Positions 40,826 to 50,696 of a stretch of DNA of 64,000 nt are shown one piece after another. The DNA is from an uncultured Desulfosarcina sp. (GTDB lineage: Bacteria; Desulfobacterota; Desulfobacteria; Desulfobacterales; Desulfosarcinaceae): positions 2,816,001 to 2,880,000 of the forward strand of contig CAXXWQ010000004.1 of assembly GCA_963674945.2 (NCBI GenBank), in the 5' to 3' direction. How positions within the stretch are numbered: position 1 is the stretch's first letter; each line of letters begins with the position of its first letter. Both the position numbers and the translations under genes were made by a program. Below the pieces are notes generated by a model, which was not told where the DNA came from, searched no databases, and saw nothing but the letters and a program-made list of their open reading frames with translations.

Positions 40826-41128
40826 TCAGGACCTCCTCCAGTTGGCGACCACGAAACGCTTCAAACCCAAGATGATCTCCCCTGGATTGGCTTCCCGGGG
40901 GCAGGTTTGGGTGCACAGGCCGCAGTGAAGGCAGCGCCAAAGTTCCTTGGCATTTTCGAGGATGCGGTCTTTGGCGCCGATCTGGACATAGCGGATCATC
41001 TTTCTCGGAAAGTGTTCATGAATGAGCGGACAGATGGCCGTGCACGTCCCGCAGTTGAAGCAGGCCAGCGCCGTGTCCTCGGTGAACGGTTCCACCTCTT
41101 TTGCAAAATTTGGATTTAGTAAGGCCAT
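40826..41128 (-). CDS. HdrC-like 2x[4Fe-4S] protein
   Basis: CFNCGTCTAICP, LWRCLHCGLCTQTCPR. Confidence 0.88.
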   Translation of the reverse strand: MALLNPNFAKEVEPFTEDTALACFNCGTCTAICPLIHEHFPRKMIRYVQIGAKDRILENAKELWRCLHCGLCTQTCPREANPGEIILGLKRFVVANWRRS

Positions 41129-41167
41129 TGATATTCTCTCCTTGTAAAACGGCAATCCGTTGGATTG

Positions 41168-41497
41168 TCAGCTTTTCGCCTTGGGGGTTACGGCGTAACG
41201 AAAGTAGCTGCCGTCTTTTTCGGCCTCCACGATCTCGCCGTATTTTTTCAGGGCGGCCATGTACCACAACACATCGGCAGGCTTCATTCCCATGGCCCGG
41301 GCGACTTCCGGAATCGTCCCGGCGCCGGCAGCCAGGTGCTTTCGAATCGCCGCAAGGTCTTTTTTTTGCTGTTTGACCCGATTCGATGCATTGGCAATCC
41401 ACTGCTGCCGCTCTTGTCTCAGTTTTTTCATGGCCTGTTTCTTCTCTAGGGAAGGGGACGTTTCCGGTTGCATGGGCTTTTCCTCGTTTTTTCTCAT
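41168..41497 (-). CDS. Small winged-helix-like protein
   Basis: TIPEVARAMGM...VLWYMAALKKYGEI...YFRY. Confidence 0.65.
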   Translation of the reverse strand: MRKNEEKPMQPETSPSLEKKQAMKKLRQERQQWIANASNRVKQQKKDLAAIRKHLAAGAGTIPEVARAMGMKPADVLWYMAALKKYGEIVEAEKDGSYFRYAVTPKAKS

Positions 41498-41500
41498 TCG

Positions 41501-43429
41501 TTATGCCGGCTCTTCAGCCAAAATCCGGTCCACCATGGTTTCGTACTGCGCGAGGGTCCAACCGGCCACGTCGATGGCGTTTTCCGGGCACACGCTGGCG
41601 CATGCGCCGCACCCGAGGCACAGGGCCGGGGTGACTTGGGCCCGTTTCACCGCCTGACCATCCACGGTCATTTCCACCAAGTTCAATGCGCCGTCACTGA
41701 GGCAGGCTTCGACACATGAACCGTGGCCCTGGCATTTTGAAAGGTCCACCTCGGCCACGAATGGATCGAGCTCGACAACCCCTTGTCCCAAAAGGGCCGC
41801 CGCCTTTACGGCCGCTGCGCCTGCGGCATTGCACGCTTCGCCCACATCCATGGGCGCCTGACAGGTGCCGGCCAGAAGGATCCCGGCAATGGGCAGCTCC
41901 ACCGGCCGCAGCTTGGGGTGAACCTCGAGAAGAAAACGGTCCATTCCCACGGGCAGTTTCATCATCTCGACCAAATCATTCACCGGGCTGGCTTCGATAC
42001 CGGTGGCCAGCACCACCAGATCCACCGGCAGTTCGAGCTCTTCGTCAAAGGTCAGCGTATCCTTTACTTTGACCATCAGGGAGTAATCCATTTTTGCTCG
42101 ATCATTGGCGACGACGGTAGGGGCTTCATCGGCCTCGAACCGAAAAAACACCACCTGGTCACGGCCTGCCTGCTCGTAAAGATCTTCCTGTCCCCGGCCG
42201 TAGGTGCGGATGTCGCGATAACATTCGTACACCTTCGTGCCGGGATAGCGCTTGCGGATGGCGCTGGCCGCATTGAGGGTCGCCGAACAGCAGGTTCGCG
42301 AACAGTACTCGTTGAGATGACCGTCCGGACCCTCCGGATGAATGCCCGGAATCTGACGACTGCCGACGCAGTGAATCATGGCCATGCTTCGAATCCGACG
42401 CCCGTCCACGGACAGGACATTGCCTACATGGTTCTCTTTCGCCATGCGCCGAATCAAATCCGGCAGGGTGATGACTTCTTTGTGGTCACCAAAGCCATAT
42501 TCTCCCGGCTGGGGACGATAAGATCGAAAACCGGTCGCCAGAACGACGACCCCGGTTTCGACAGTGAAGGTTTCTGCCGTTGACGGCACTTTACCGGCGG
42601 CGACCCCGGCACATGGAACGTATTTTCCCGTCATCGTGTCGGATGGCCGCAGACGCTCCGTCTTATCCAAATCCGTGGTCGATGTGGGCGGCTGCTTGGT
42701 AATCGTAAGATTGAAGTTTCCCACGTAGCCGTCGAAGGCCGTCACCGTGGCACAGGCATGGATGGTGATCAGACGATGGTTCATTACCTGTCGGCTCAGT
42801 TCCTGGATCAGGTCGGAGGCCTTTTCGCCGGTGGGCGCCAGTCGGTCCAGATTGGCCAGCTGACCGCCCAGAAAAGGGCTTTTTTCGACCAGCGCAACGG
42901 TGATGCCTCGATCTGCCAGGTCCTTGGCCGCCTTCAGTCCTGCGACACCGCCACCGATCACCGTGGCGTGGCGCCTGGCTTTCACCTGGATCGGCTCCAG
43001 CGGTTTAAGCTGCTCGGCCTTGGCCGCCGCCATGGAGACCAGCCGAGTGGCCTTTTCCGTGGCCTTGTCACCATGGTGGACCCAGCTGACCTGCTCTCGG
43101 ATATTGGCATGATCGTAAATATACGGATTCCCACCGGCCCGGGCGATGGCCCCCCGGAAGGTGGTTTCATGAAGACTCGGTGCACATGAGGCCACCACGA
43201 CCCGATCGACGGTACCGTTTTTCAGGTCCTCCATGATCAGCGCCTGGCCGGGATCACTGCACATGAACATGTTGGTTCTGGCCACAGCCACTTCGGGCAA
43301 TTTCTCCACTCGGTCGCGAACGTGTTCCACATCCACGTGGTCTGAAATATTGCCGCCACAGTAGCAGATGTAGACGCCGACTTTTCCTTCGGGTTTTTTC
43401 AACGCGTTATCTTTTTTCTCTTCTGTCAT
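41501..43429 (-). CDS. hdrA: Heterodisulfide reductase subunit A-like flavoprotein (N-terminal domain plus C-terminal ferredoxin)
   Basis: CYCGGNI, FMCS, ASCAP, ANIREQ, GGGVAG, HCVGSR, YCSRTCC, GTCQAP, C-terminal CQGHGSC/CLGCGAC. Confidence 0.9.
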   Translation of the reverse strand: MTEEKKDNALKKPEGKVGVYICYCGGNISDHVDVEHVRDRVEKLPEVAVARTNMFMCSDPGQALIMEDLKNGTVDRVVVASCAPSLHETTFRGAIARAGGNPYIYDHANIREQVSWVHHGDKATEKATRLVSMAAAKAEQLKPLEPIQVKARRHATVIGGGVAGLKAAKDLADRGITVALVEKSPFLGGQLANLDRLAPTGEKASDLIQELSRQVMNHRLITIHACATVTAFDGYVGNFNLTITKQPPTSTTDLDKTERLRPSDTMTGKYVPCAGVAAGKVPSTAETFTVETGVVVLATGFRSYRPQPGEYGFGDHKEVITLPDLIRRMAKENHVGNVLSVDGRRIRSMAMIHCVGSRQIPGIHPEGPDGHLNEYCSRTCCSATLNAASAIRKRYPGTKVYECYRDIRTYGRGQEDLYEQAGRDQVVFFRFEADEAPTVVANDRAKMDYSLMVKVKDTLTFDEELELPVDLVVLATGIEASPVNDLVEMMKLPVGMDRFLLEVHPKLRPVELPIAGILLAGTCQAPMDVGEACNAAGAAAVKAAALLGQGVVELDPFVAEVDLSKCQGHGSCVEACLSDGALNLVEMTVDGQAVKRAQVTPALCLGCGACASVCPENAIDVAGWTLAQYETMVDRILAEEPA

Positions 43430-43474
43430 GGTCACTCTCCACCGACCAGGAAAATGTTATAGTTAAAGCATACT

Positions 43475-44785
43475 TTATGCTGCCTTGGTTTTCGCGGATG
43501 CCTGTATTGCCGACAGATAATTGGCCGTCTCCATGGCGGCGGCGCCGGCCTCGGTAATGGTATCCACGATATCCTTGGGGCCGGCCGCCGCACCGGCAAC
43601 GAACACGCCCTCCATATCCGTAAGGGTCGGCGATATTTTGGGTCGTATGGTTCTCACGAACCGGTCTCCCGCCGTGGACACAGGACAGACACCGGATGGA
43701 TTCCAACCCGGCACCATACCCAGGGAGAGAACCACCAGATCGTGATTGGCCGTCTCGGTTCCGGCTCCATTTTGGGCCTCGTAGCGAAGGGTCACGCCAC
43801 CGTTTTCCCCCTGTCCGATGGATGCGACCTTTCCTTTGATGAACTCGATCCCCATGGCTTTGGCATTTTGGTAAAATTGTTCGTAGCCTTTACCGAAGGC
43901 CCGGATATCCATGTAGTAGATGGTCAAGTCCGCTAGCGGCAGGGCGCCGGAGAGCAGCATGGCCTGTTTGATGGTGTACATGCAGCAGACCCTGGAGCAA
44001 TAGGATACGCCCATGCTCTTGTCCCGGGAGCCGGCACACTGAACATAGGCAATGGCGTCGGGTTCCATTCCGTCGGATGGCCGCAGTACCCGGTTATACG
44101 GGCCATGGGGGGCGAGCAGCCGTTCCATTTGCAGGGCATCGATCACGTTGGGAATGTCGCCCATGCCGTATTGCGGCTTGTCGGAAAGCGAGGACATGGA
44201 AAAACCCGTGGTAATAACGGCCGCCTTGGCGGCAAGCGTAAATTCCTCTGCCTGCTGGAAGTAATCGATCGCCTGGGTGGGACACACCTTCTCGCATTTG
44301 CCGCATAGCATGCAGTTTTCCACAGCCAATACCGCCGTCTGGGGAATGGCGTTGGAAAAAGGAATGGCGATGGCCTTGGTGGCCGAGAAACCGCCCTGTT
44401 CCGGGTCGGATACATAGACCGGGCAGTTGTACTCACACTGGCGGCAACCGATGCATTTATCCGCATCCACATAACGCGGACGCCGGGTGATGGCTGCCGT
44501 GATCGTGTCGCCGTTGCGGTCCAACGACGTCAGATCACAATAGGTGAACAAGGTGATGTTGTCATGATGGGCGGCCGCCGCCATCTTCGGCGTGGTGATG
44601 CAGCTGGCGCAGTCAAGGGTGGGAAACACCTTTGAAAGCCGGATCATCTTGCCGCCGATGGTGGCGTCTTTTTCGACGATCGCCACCCGATACGACTGGT
44701 CCGCGAGATCAAGAGCTGCCTGGAGGCCGGCGATACCTCCACCCACGACAAGCACATCAAAATCGGTTTTGCGTTTGGCACTCAT
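43475..44785 (-). CDS. hdrA: Short HdrA-like flavoprotein with inserted ferredoxin domain
   Basis: GGGIAG, KVFPTLDCASC, CIGCRQC..CP, CMLCGKC..CP, QCAGSRD, YCSRVCCMY, GPKDI. Confidence 0.88.
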   Translation of the reverse strand: MSAKRKTDFDVLVVGGGIAGLQAALDLADQSYRVAIVEKDATIGGKMIRLSKVFPTLDCASCITTPKMAAAAHHDNITLFTYCDLTSLDRNGDTITAAITRRPRYVDADKCIGCRQCEYNCPVYVSDPEQGGFSATKAIAIPFSNAIPQTAVLAVENCMLCGKCEKVCPTQAIDYFQQAEEFTLAAKAAVITTGFSMSSLSDKPQYGMGDIPNVIDALQMERLLAPHGPYNRVLRPSDGMEPDAIAYVQCAGSRDKSMGVSYCSRVCCMYTIKQAMLLSGALPLADLTIYYMDIRAFGKGYEQFYQNAKAMGIEFIKGKVASIGQGENGGVTLRYEAQNGAGTETANHDLVVLSLGMVPGWNPSGVCPVSTAGDRFVRTIRPKISPTLTDMEGVFVAGAAAGPKDIVDTITEAGAAAMETANYLSAIQASAKTKAA

Positions 44786-44864
44786 TCATTCCTCCCGAAA
44801 TATCCGGCGATTTACTGCCCACAACCGGTTGACCTTTTTCCTGGCTCCGGACATTTCTCGTCCA

Positions 44865-45284
44865 TCATGCCAGTTGCGGCGGACCGATTTCCTGGATCAA
44901 GGTGTTCATCTGGTTGACCTCGTTGAGAAAGGCCCGGTTACACACCGTGCAGATGGCCGTCAGGCGAAGCCGACGGATATCCAGGGCCAATTCTTTCATC
45001 CTGGCGTATACCCGGTCCAGCCGTTTGGCCAATGCTTTGTAGGCGCCCTCATACGGGCATTCCTCTCCGCATGACATGACGATGATGCCGCTGATCCCCT
45101 TTCGAAAACAATCCAGATAAAACTTCTCGGGAAAGAGAACCGGCGCCTTGACCCTGAGGATATAGGTGTTGGCCGGATAACTGGCGTGGGCCTGGCCCAC
45201 CGAATCTGCACCGGGGTAGGCACAACTTTCGGTGGCCAGGATCAGGATCTTGCCTACTGTTGATTCGTTTGGCAAAGATGGCAT
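44865..45284 (-). CDS. mvhD: MvhD/FlpD-like [2Fe-2S] subunit (divergent)
   Basis: CAYPGAD..GQ....YP, SCGEECPY, RRLRL; position next to hdrA. Confidence 0.8.
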   Translation of the reverse strand: MPSLPNESTVGKILILATESCAYPGADSVGQAHASYPANTYILRVKAPVLFPEKFYLDCFRKGISGIIVMSCGEECPYEGAYKALAKRLDRVYARMKELALDIRRLRLTAICTVCNRAFLNEVNQMNTLIQEIGPPQLA

Positions 45285-45297
45285 GATGCGGCCCCGT

Positions 45298-45552
45298 TTA
45301 CTTGCTTCTGCGAACGAAGTGTTTGTCGTAGCCATCGGCTTCTTGTACGCCGATGTAAACGTGGCCGACCTTATTCGCCCATGCGGGAATGTCCGTACGC
45401 GTGCCGGAATCATTGGAGTAAATCTCCAGTACTTCGCCGACCTTTACCTTGCCGATGCCTTTCTTTGCTTCCAGAAGCGGTCCTGGGCAGGCACTGCCTC
45501 TTGCGTCAACGGTGTTGGCCACTTCCACGGAACTCAAATTGATGTCAGACAT
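45298..45552 (-). CDS. tusA: TusA-family sulfur carrier
   Basis: VDARGSACPGPLL...GEVLEI...DIPAW. Confidence 0.9.
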   Translation of the reverse strand: MSDINLSSVEVANTVDARGSACPGPLLEAKKGIGKVKVGEVLEIYSNDSGTRTDIPAWANKVGHVYIGVQEADGYDKHFVRRSK

Positions 45553-45826
45553 GATGGGGTTCCTTTCGCGTTTTTGGTGTTTGGTTTTTTTTCTTTCTCA
45601 GCCGCAGCCGGGTCAACGGACCGTCGTGAATAACGGTTTCCCTGGCAATCAGATCGTAATTGGTATGGGGAAGAATTCGCAGGACATCTTTTATCATTGC
45701 GGCCTCATCCGGATCCGTTCCCGCTATTATCTCCATCTCATCCCCTGGTTCCATTTCGCGGAACAAATTGGTGATCTGCAGAAGAGAAAAAGGAATCAAC
45801 GTCTCGCGCAAATCAAATGAAACCAT
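45545..45826 (-). CDS. TusA-fold-like protein lacking the catalytic Cys
   Basis: FDLRETLIPFSLL...MEPGDEMEII pattern; no Cys anywhere in the protein. Confidence 0.6.
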   Translation of the reverse strand: MVSFDLRETLIPFSLLQITNLFREMEPGDEMEIIAGTDPDEAAMIKDVLRILPHTNYDLIARETVIHDGPLTRLRLRKKKNQTPKTRKEPHHV

Positions 45827-45895
45827 TGTGGCGCCTGCTTCGTTTGTTTTGGAAAAGTATCTGTTGCTGTTGATTTCATCTCACACGAATGTATG

Positions 45896-45911
45896 AGCAA
45901 AGCCGATGCCA
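45896..45911 (-). promoter_or_regulatory. Sigma-54 promoter of the tusA-hdr-metVF operon
   Basis: TGGCATCGGCTTTGCT is a near-consensus -24/-12 site, divergent from an activator gene. Confidence 0.85.
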
Positions 45912-46091
45912 CAACGCCCAAGGCAAATTGGAAATTTAAATTTCATTTCATTTCGGATTGATACAAGCGAATGGATGATATTGCGTTCGATCCTGCTTGC
46001 TTTTGATGGTCTCCGGCTTGGCAACCATCTGTTCATGTGTTAAGTTTGTGAACAGGTGTTTTGTTTAACTTTTTTACAGCAGGACAAAACG

Positions 46092-47471
46092 ATGAACAAC
46101 ATCGACATCAATGACTACTGGAAACTTGTGGTCGACACCATTCAGGATGGTGTGATAGTGGTCAGTCCGGAGGGTATCATTGTCTCCATCAACCGCGCCT
46201 TCGAGGAGATCACCGGGTATGATCGACGGGAAATCGTGGGCCGGAAATGCACGACCCTCAACTGCACCTCCTGCAACATCGTTAGACAAGAAGAGGCATG
46301 CCACTGGTGTGTACTGTTCAGGCGTGGCTCTTTGAGCAAACAGCGTTGCAGCATTACCCGCAAGGACGGACGAATCGTTCATATCCTGAAAAACGCCTCG
46401 GTTCTCAAGAATCAACGTGGTGTGGTCACGGGAGCCGTGGAGACCATGACAGATATCACGGAACTGGTGGACAAGGAGACTCAGATCGAAACCTACCGCC
46501 AGGAACTGGATGCCGAGGATCGTTTTCACGGCATGATCGGTACCAGCGCCGCCATGAAGCGGGTGTTCGCGTTGATTGCCAATGCCGCCGTGTCTGACGC
46601 ACCGGTAATCATCTATGGGGAAAGCGGGTCCGGCAAAGAGATGGTGGCCAGGGCCATTCACAATGCCGGCCTGCGCCATGAACGACCCTACGTGAAAGTC
46701 AACTGCGCTGCCTTGAACGAATCCCTATTGGAAAGCGAATTGTTCGGCCATGTAAAGGGCGCCTATACCGGTGCACACAAGAGTCGCCAAGGCCGTTTCG
46801 AGGCCGCCAACGGGGGAGATATCTTCCTGGATGAAATCGGGGACCTGCCCCTTTCCACCCAGGTGAAGTTGCTACGGGTATTGGAGGAAAAAGTGGTGGA
46901 ACGGGTGGGGGACAATCAACCCATCGATGTCGACGTGCGAATCATCTCCGCTACCAACCGAAACCTGGCGGAAATGATCAACGCCGGTACGTTTAGAGAA
47001 GATTTTTACTACCGCATCAACGTCATTCCAGTCCACATTCCGCCCCTTCGGGACCGTGTCGAGGACATTCCCTTGTTGGCAAGGTCCTTTTTCAATCGCA
47101 TCCAAATGAAAAGCGGCAAGCATCTGGATGGCATCTCCAAAGAGGCCATGGATCGCCTCGTGACGTACAATTGGCCGGGAAATGCCCGAGAGCTGAAAAG
47201 CGCCTTCGAGTTTGCCTTCGTCAGTTGCCCGGACGGTTTGATTGGCGCCGAGCATCTGCCGCCACAGATCACCAGCGTTGATCCGGCTTGCAGGGAAGTG
47301 CCGTTGTCAATGGATGAGAGTCTCGATGATGTCAAGAAACGAAAATTGGTGGATACGTTGCGGCGCACCAGGGGCAACAAGTCCGAAACGGCACGTCTGC
47401 TTGGAATTTCCCGAACCAGTGTCTGGAACCAGATGAAGAAATACAACCTCACCAAAATGCGATATTCTTGA
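46092..47471 (+). CDS. Sigma-54 enhancer-binding protein with Cys-rich PAS domain
   Basis: GESGSGKE, ESELFGH, GAYTGA, FLDEIG, WPGN.REL, C-terminal HTH; PAS CTTLNCTSC...CHWC. Confidence 0.93.
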   Translation: MNNIDINDYWKLVVDTIQDGVIVVSPEGIIVSINRAFEEITGYDRREIVGRKCTTLNCTSCNIVRQEEACHWCVLFRRGSLSKQRCSITRKDGRIVHILKNASVLKNQRGVVTGAVETMTDITELVDKETQIETYRQELDAEDRFHGMIGTSAAMKRVFALIANAAVSDAPVIIYGESGSGKEMVARAIHNAGLRHERPYVKVNCAALNESLLESELFGHVKGAYTGAHKSRQGRFEAANGGDIFLDEIGDLPLSTQVKLLRVLEEKVVERVGDNQPIDVDVRIISATNRNLAEMINAGTFREDFYYRINVIPVHIPPLRDRVEDIPLLARSFFNRIQMKSGKHLDGISKEAMDRLVTYNWPGNARELKSAFEFAFVSCPDGLIGAEHLPPQITSVDPACREVPLSMDESLDDVKKRKLVDTLRRTRGNKSETARLLGISRTSVWNQMKKYNLTKMRYS

Positions 47472-47599
47472 GTTAGAAACATACAACTCTCGAATTAGTA
47501 GTGTAAGACGGGGTGCTGTTCACCCGGTTACAACGGCAACGATTAAAACACGAACGTGTTTTGTTTTCCGGCCGATGGACCGGAAATCCAAGCCACCCG

Positions 47600-49204
47600 C
47601 TATGCGGATTGTCGTTGACAAAAATGGGAGAAAAATCTTTGGACCGCTTCGGCCACCCGCTCTCCGTCCACGGCGCAGGAGACGATGCCACCGGCATATC
47701 CGGCACCCTCACCGCAGGGAAAAAGGCCAGCAACGGATGGATGCTGCAGTGAATCCGGTTCCCTGGGAATTCTCACGGGAGAACTGGTCCTCGACTCGAC
47801 ACCCACCACCACGGCATCGTTGGTCAAAAACCCCTTCATCTTTTCATCGAAGGTTTTGAGGCCGGACTGGAGTCTTCGGTAAATGGTTGCGGGAAGCCAT
47901 TCTTGCAGAGAGGAGACGGCCACTCCCGGCGGATAGGAGCATGGGGGAATAGAAGAAGAATATTTTCCCTCGACGAAGTCCACCAGCCGCTGAGCCGGTG
48001 CGACCATCTGGCCGCCGCCGTGGTCGAAGGCCGCCGCTTCCAGTTTTCGCTGATAGTCTAAACCGGCCAGGGGATTAGCGGTATCCATACCGGGAATATC
48101 CGAGAGCGCAATCTCCACCACGATGCCGGCATTGGCAAAGGGAGAGTTGCGGCGGGAAAAGGACATGCCGTTGACCACGATCGTCCGATCCTCGGTGGCG
48201 GCGGGCACGATGATACCGCCCGGGCACATGCAAAAACTGTATACACCGCGACCGTCCACCTGGACTGCGAGTCGGTAGTTGGCTGGCGGCAGGAAATCAC
48301 CGCGATCTCTTTTGTACTGGACCCGGTCGATAAGCTGCTGGGGGTGTTCCACCCGAACGCCCATGGCAAAGGCCTTTGGCTCCAGCGACACCCCCTGTCT
48401 TACCAACACCTCGTAAACATCCCGCGCGCTATGGCCGGTGGCCAGGACCACTGCATGGCCGTCGATGCGATGACCCGCTGCAAGACGAACGCCGGTGGCC
48501 CTGCCGTTGGAGATGGTGACTTCCACTACTTTTTGTTGGAAATGGATCTCCCCGCCTGCGGAAAGGATGGTTTGGCCCATTGCCGAAACGATGTCCGGCA
48601 ACCGGTTGGATCCGATGTGGGGATGGGCTTCGTATAGAATAGAGGGATCGGCACCGTGCCGGCAAAATCGATGGAGAATGCGTTTGTGGTCCCCCCGCTT
48701 CCTGGATCGGGTGTAGAGCTTGCCATCGGAAAAGGTACCGGCGCCACCTTCGCCGAAGGCATAGTTGGATTCGCCGTCGAGAACGCCTCGCCGGTTCAAG
48801 GCTGCCACATCCTTGCGACGCGGCGCTACCGGCTTTCCCCGTTCGACCACGATCGGCTTGACCCCCAACTCGATGAGGCGAAGGGCGGCAAACAGGCCGG
48901 CCGGACCGGCGCCGACGACCACCGCCGGCGGTGCGGCGTGAACATCCCGGTAGCAAAAAGTCGGCTCATTTTCGCGAGGATCCTCTCCTTCGCCAAAAAC
49001 CCGCAGGTTCAGATGGATTCGGATTTGTCCCCGACGAGCGTCGATGGAACGATGGGTGATGATCCATCGATCGGGGGGGACAAAGAGGCTCAATTTTCGC
49101 GTCAGCTCACGCTGGATCTCCTCCTTCGTGGCGGCTTGGCGGGGGGATAAAAGTAAAGAGACATCTTCGGGCATGTGGATATCCGGATCGTATGTTTCCG
49201 TCAC
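47600..49204 (-). CDS. Uncharacterised FAD-dependent oxidoreductase
   Basis: GAGPAG, FGEGGAGTFSDGKL, SFCMCPGG, ESRTSSP, GEGAGYAGGI. Confidence 0.88.
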   Translation of the reverse strand: MTETYDPDIHMPEDVSLLLSPRQAATKEEIQRELTRKLSLFVPPDRWIITHRSIDARRGQIRIHLNLRVFGEGEDPRENEPTFCYRDVHAAPPAVVVGAGPAGLFAALRLIELGVKPIVVERGKPVAPRRKDVAALNRRGVLDGESNYAFGEGGAGTFSDGKLYTRSRKRGDHKRILHRFCRHGADPSILYEAHPHIGSNRLPDIVSAMGQTILSAGGEIHFQQKVVEVTISNGRATGVRLAAGHRIDGHAVVLATGHSARDVYEVLVRQGVSLEPKAFAMGVRVEHPQQLIDRVQYKRDRGDFLPPANYRLAVQVDGRGVYSFCMCPGGIIVPAATEDRTIVVNGMSFSRRNSPFANAGIVVEIALSDIPGMDTANPLAGLDYQRKLEAAAFDHGGGQMVAPAQRLVDFVEGKYSSSIPPCSYPPGVAVSSLQEWLPATIYRRLQSGLKTFDEKMKGFLTNDAVVVGVESRTSSPVRIPREPDSLQHPSVAGLFPCGEGAGYAGGIVSCAVDGERVAEAVQRFFSHFCQRQSA

Positions 49205-49309
49205 TGTCGTAGTTTTCTACCCAACATTGATTGGGTGATGGTGTTGATTTTCATCCGACACGCTTTATGTTATGGCATATTTGCTTCGAAATAAAGTTTT
49301 TCATCGTTT

Positions 49310-49740
49310 TTAATAAAGAGGAATTTTATCCTTCCAATTCGTTTCCGGCGAAAACCGGAGGGCTTGTGCAAACACTTTTGGATATTCCGGATAGCTCGTT
49401 AGTTCCACATAATTCACCCGACGGGCGATCTCCATCGACATTTGGCGCTGCGATTTGGAAATCAACGCCTTTTTTGCGCCAACGCCTGCTGCGTTTCCCA
49501 CTTGAGAGTAACGGTCCAGGGCAAACGGTGGCAGCATCCCGATACGAATGGCGCTTGCCACATCAATATAGTTGCCAAAGGCGCCGGCGATGATCACCTC
49601 GTCGACATCTTGCCAATGGATGCCGGCTTGTTTCAAAAGGATATTCATCCCAGAACCGATGGCACCTTTGGCCAGTTGAATTTCACTCAGGTCATTTCCG
49701 GTAAGCGTGATGTCTTTTCCGGTGAATTCTTCTTTTCTCA
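49310..49740 (-). pseudogene. C-terminal remnant of an ASKHA/RACo (corrinoid reductive activator) gene
   Basis: DITLTGNDLSEIQLAKGAI..G, IAGAFGNY, GNAAGVGA; in-frame TAG just upstream and the N-terminal domains are absent. Confidence 0.75.
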
Positions 49741-50207
49741 GTTTACTCTACAACAAATGCGCCATGGTTTTGAGATTTTTCGCACACTTATCTTTTTGCT
49801 GCAATTATTCTCATTCTAATATGTTTTCTGTATGTTATATGAATCCCATGATAGAAGTTCTTCTCTCTTTCATGTCGGTTGGCCGCAGCTGCAGGTGTTA
49901 ACAGCGTGTTAAGTAACGCATTGTTACGATGGTTACACTTGGTGGCGCTACCTTAAGATGGAACTCGAAAGGCTCCTGTTCTTTCAAAGGGATTTTGTTG
50001 GAAATAGAAAAATCGGACAATCGTATTAGGAAAAACGTAAGAAGACTTCTTACGCGATGCCGTCTAATGCTTTACTCACCATCCTTGCCGCAGCCCGGCG
50101 ATTTAGTGCTCCCCCGGGTTGCGGTAAACCAGCAACATCCCGGAAACCTTAGGGACACCAGTGTGTCCGCTTGGTTTTCAGCCGGCAACTATCAAAGAAA
50201 TGCGATC

Positions 50208-50593
50208 ATGGAAACGGTTTCATTTGAAAATATCGCTATTGTTTCCTGCGGCACCATGAGCATTGAGCTCAATTATTTGAAAAAAGCCGATGAGGCGGAA
50301 AGAAATCGAATCAAAGATGAAATTGCCCCTTGAGAGCCGGTATGGTGGATGACACCGGGATGGATCAAATTCCGGAAGGATATCTTCAAGAGTTGGGACC
50401 ATGCCCTCGCCAACGAGAACTTTCCCAGACAGACCGGGGGCGTCATCGTGCTGGATGGCACAGGGTACATGGACACCTGCATGGCGCAGGAGCCCGAGGC
50501 TCCGACTGGATGGGCATTCCCATCATTCCCGACCAGACATCCCTGGACCGATTCAAATCACTGCTGTTCGATCAGGCACGGAAACAATGTTGA
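50208..50593 (+). pseudogene. Decayed DUF1638-family gene
   Basis: IAIVSCGTMSIEL, VWWMTPGW, ANENFP, DWMGIPI...LDRFKSLL; in-frame TGA at 50331, an apparent internal deletion and a frameshift. Confidence 0.7.
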
Positions 50594-50696
50594 ACCGGCA
50601 ATCTGGGTGCGGTCTTATTTCAAAGAAGAGAGGGGAATGCGCTATTGCATCTGGTTGACCCAGCGTGAAAAGGTATGAAAGCATAAACAGCACCAT

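Noticed and set aside
50331..50333. In-frame TGA in the DUF1638-like gene as a third selenocysteine
   Set aside because: The position is not a recognisable Cys motif, I saw no clear hairpin after it, and the gene has other lesions, so a nonsense mutation is more likely
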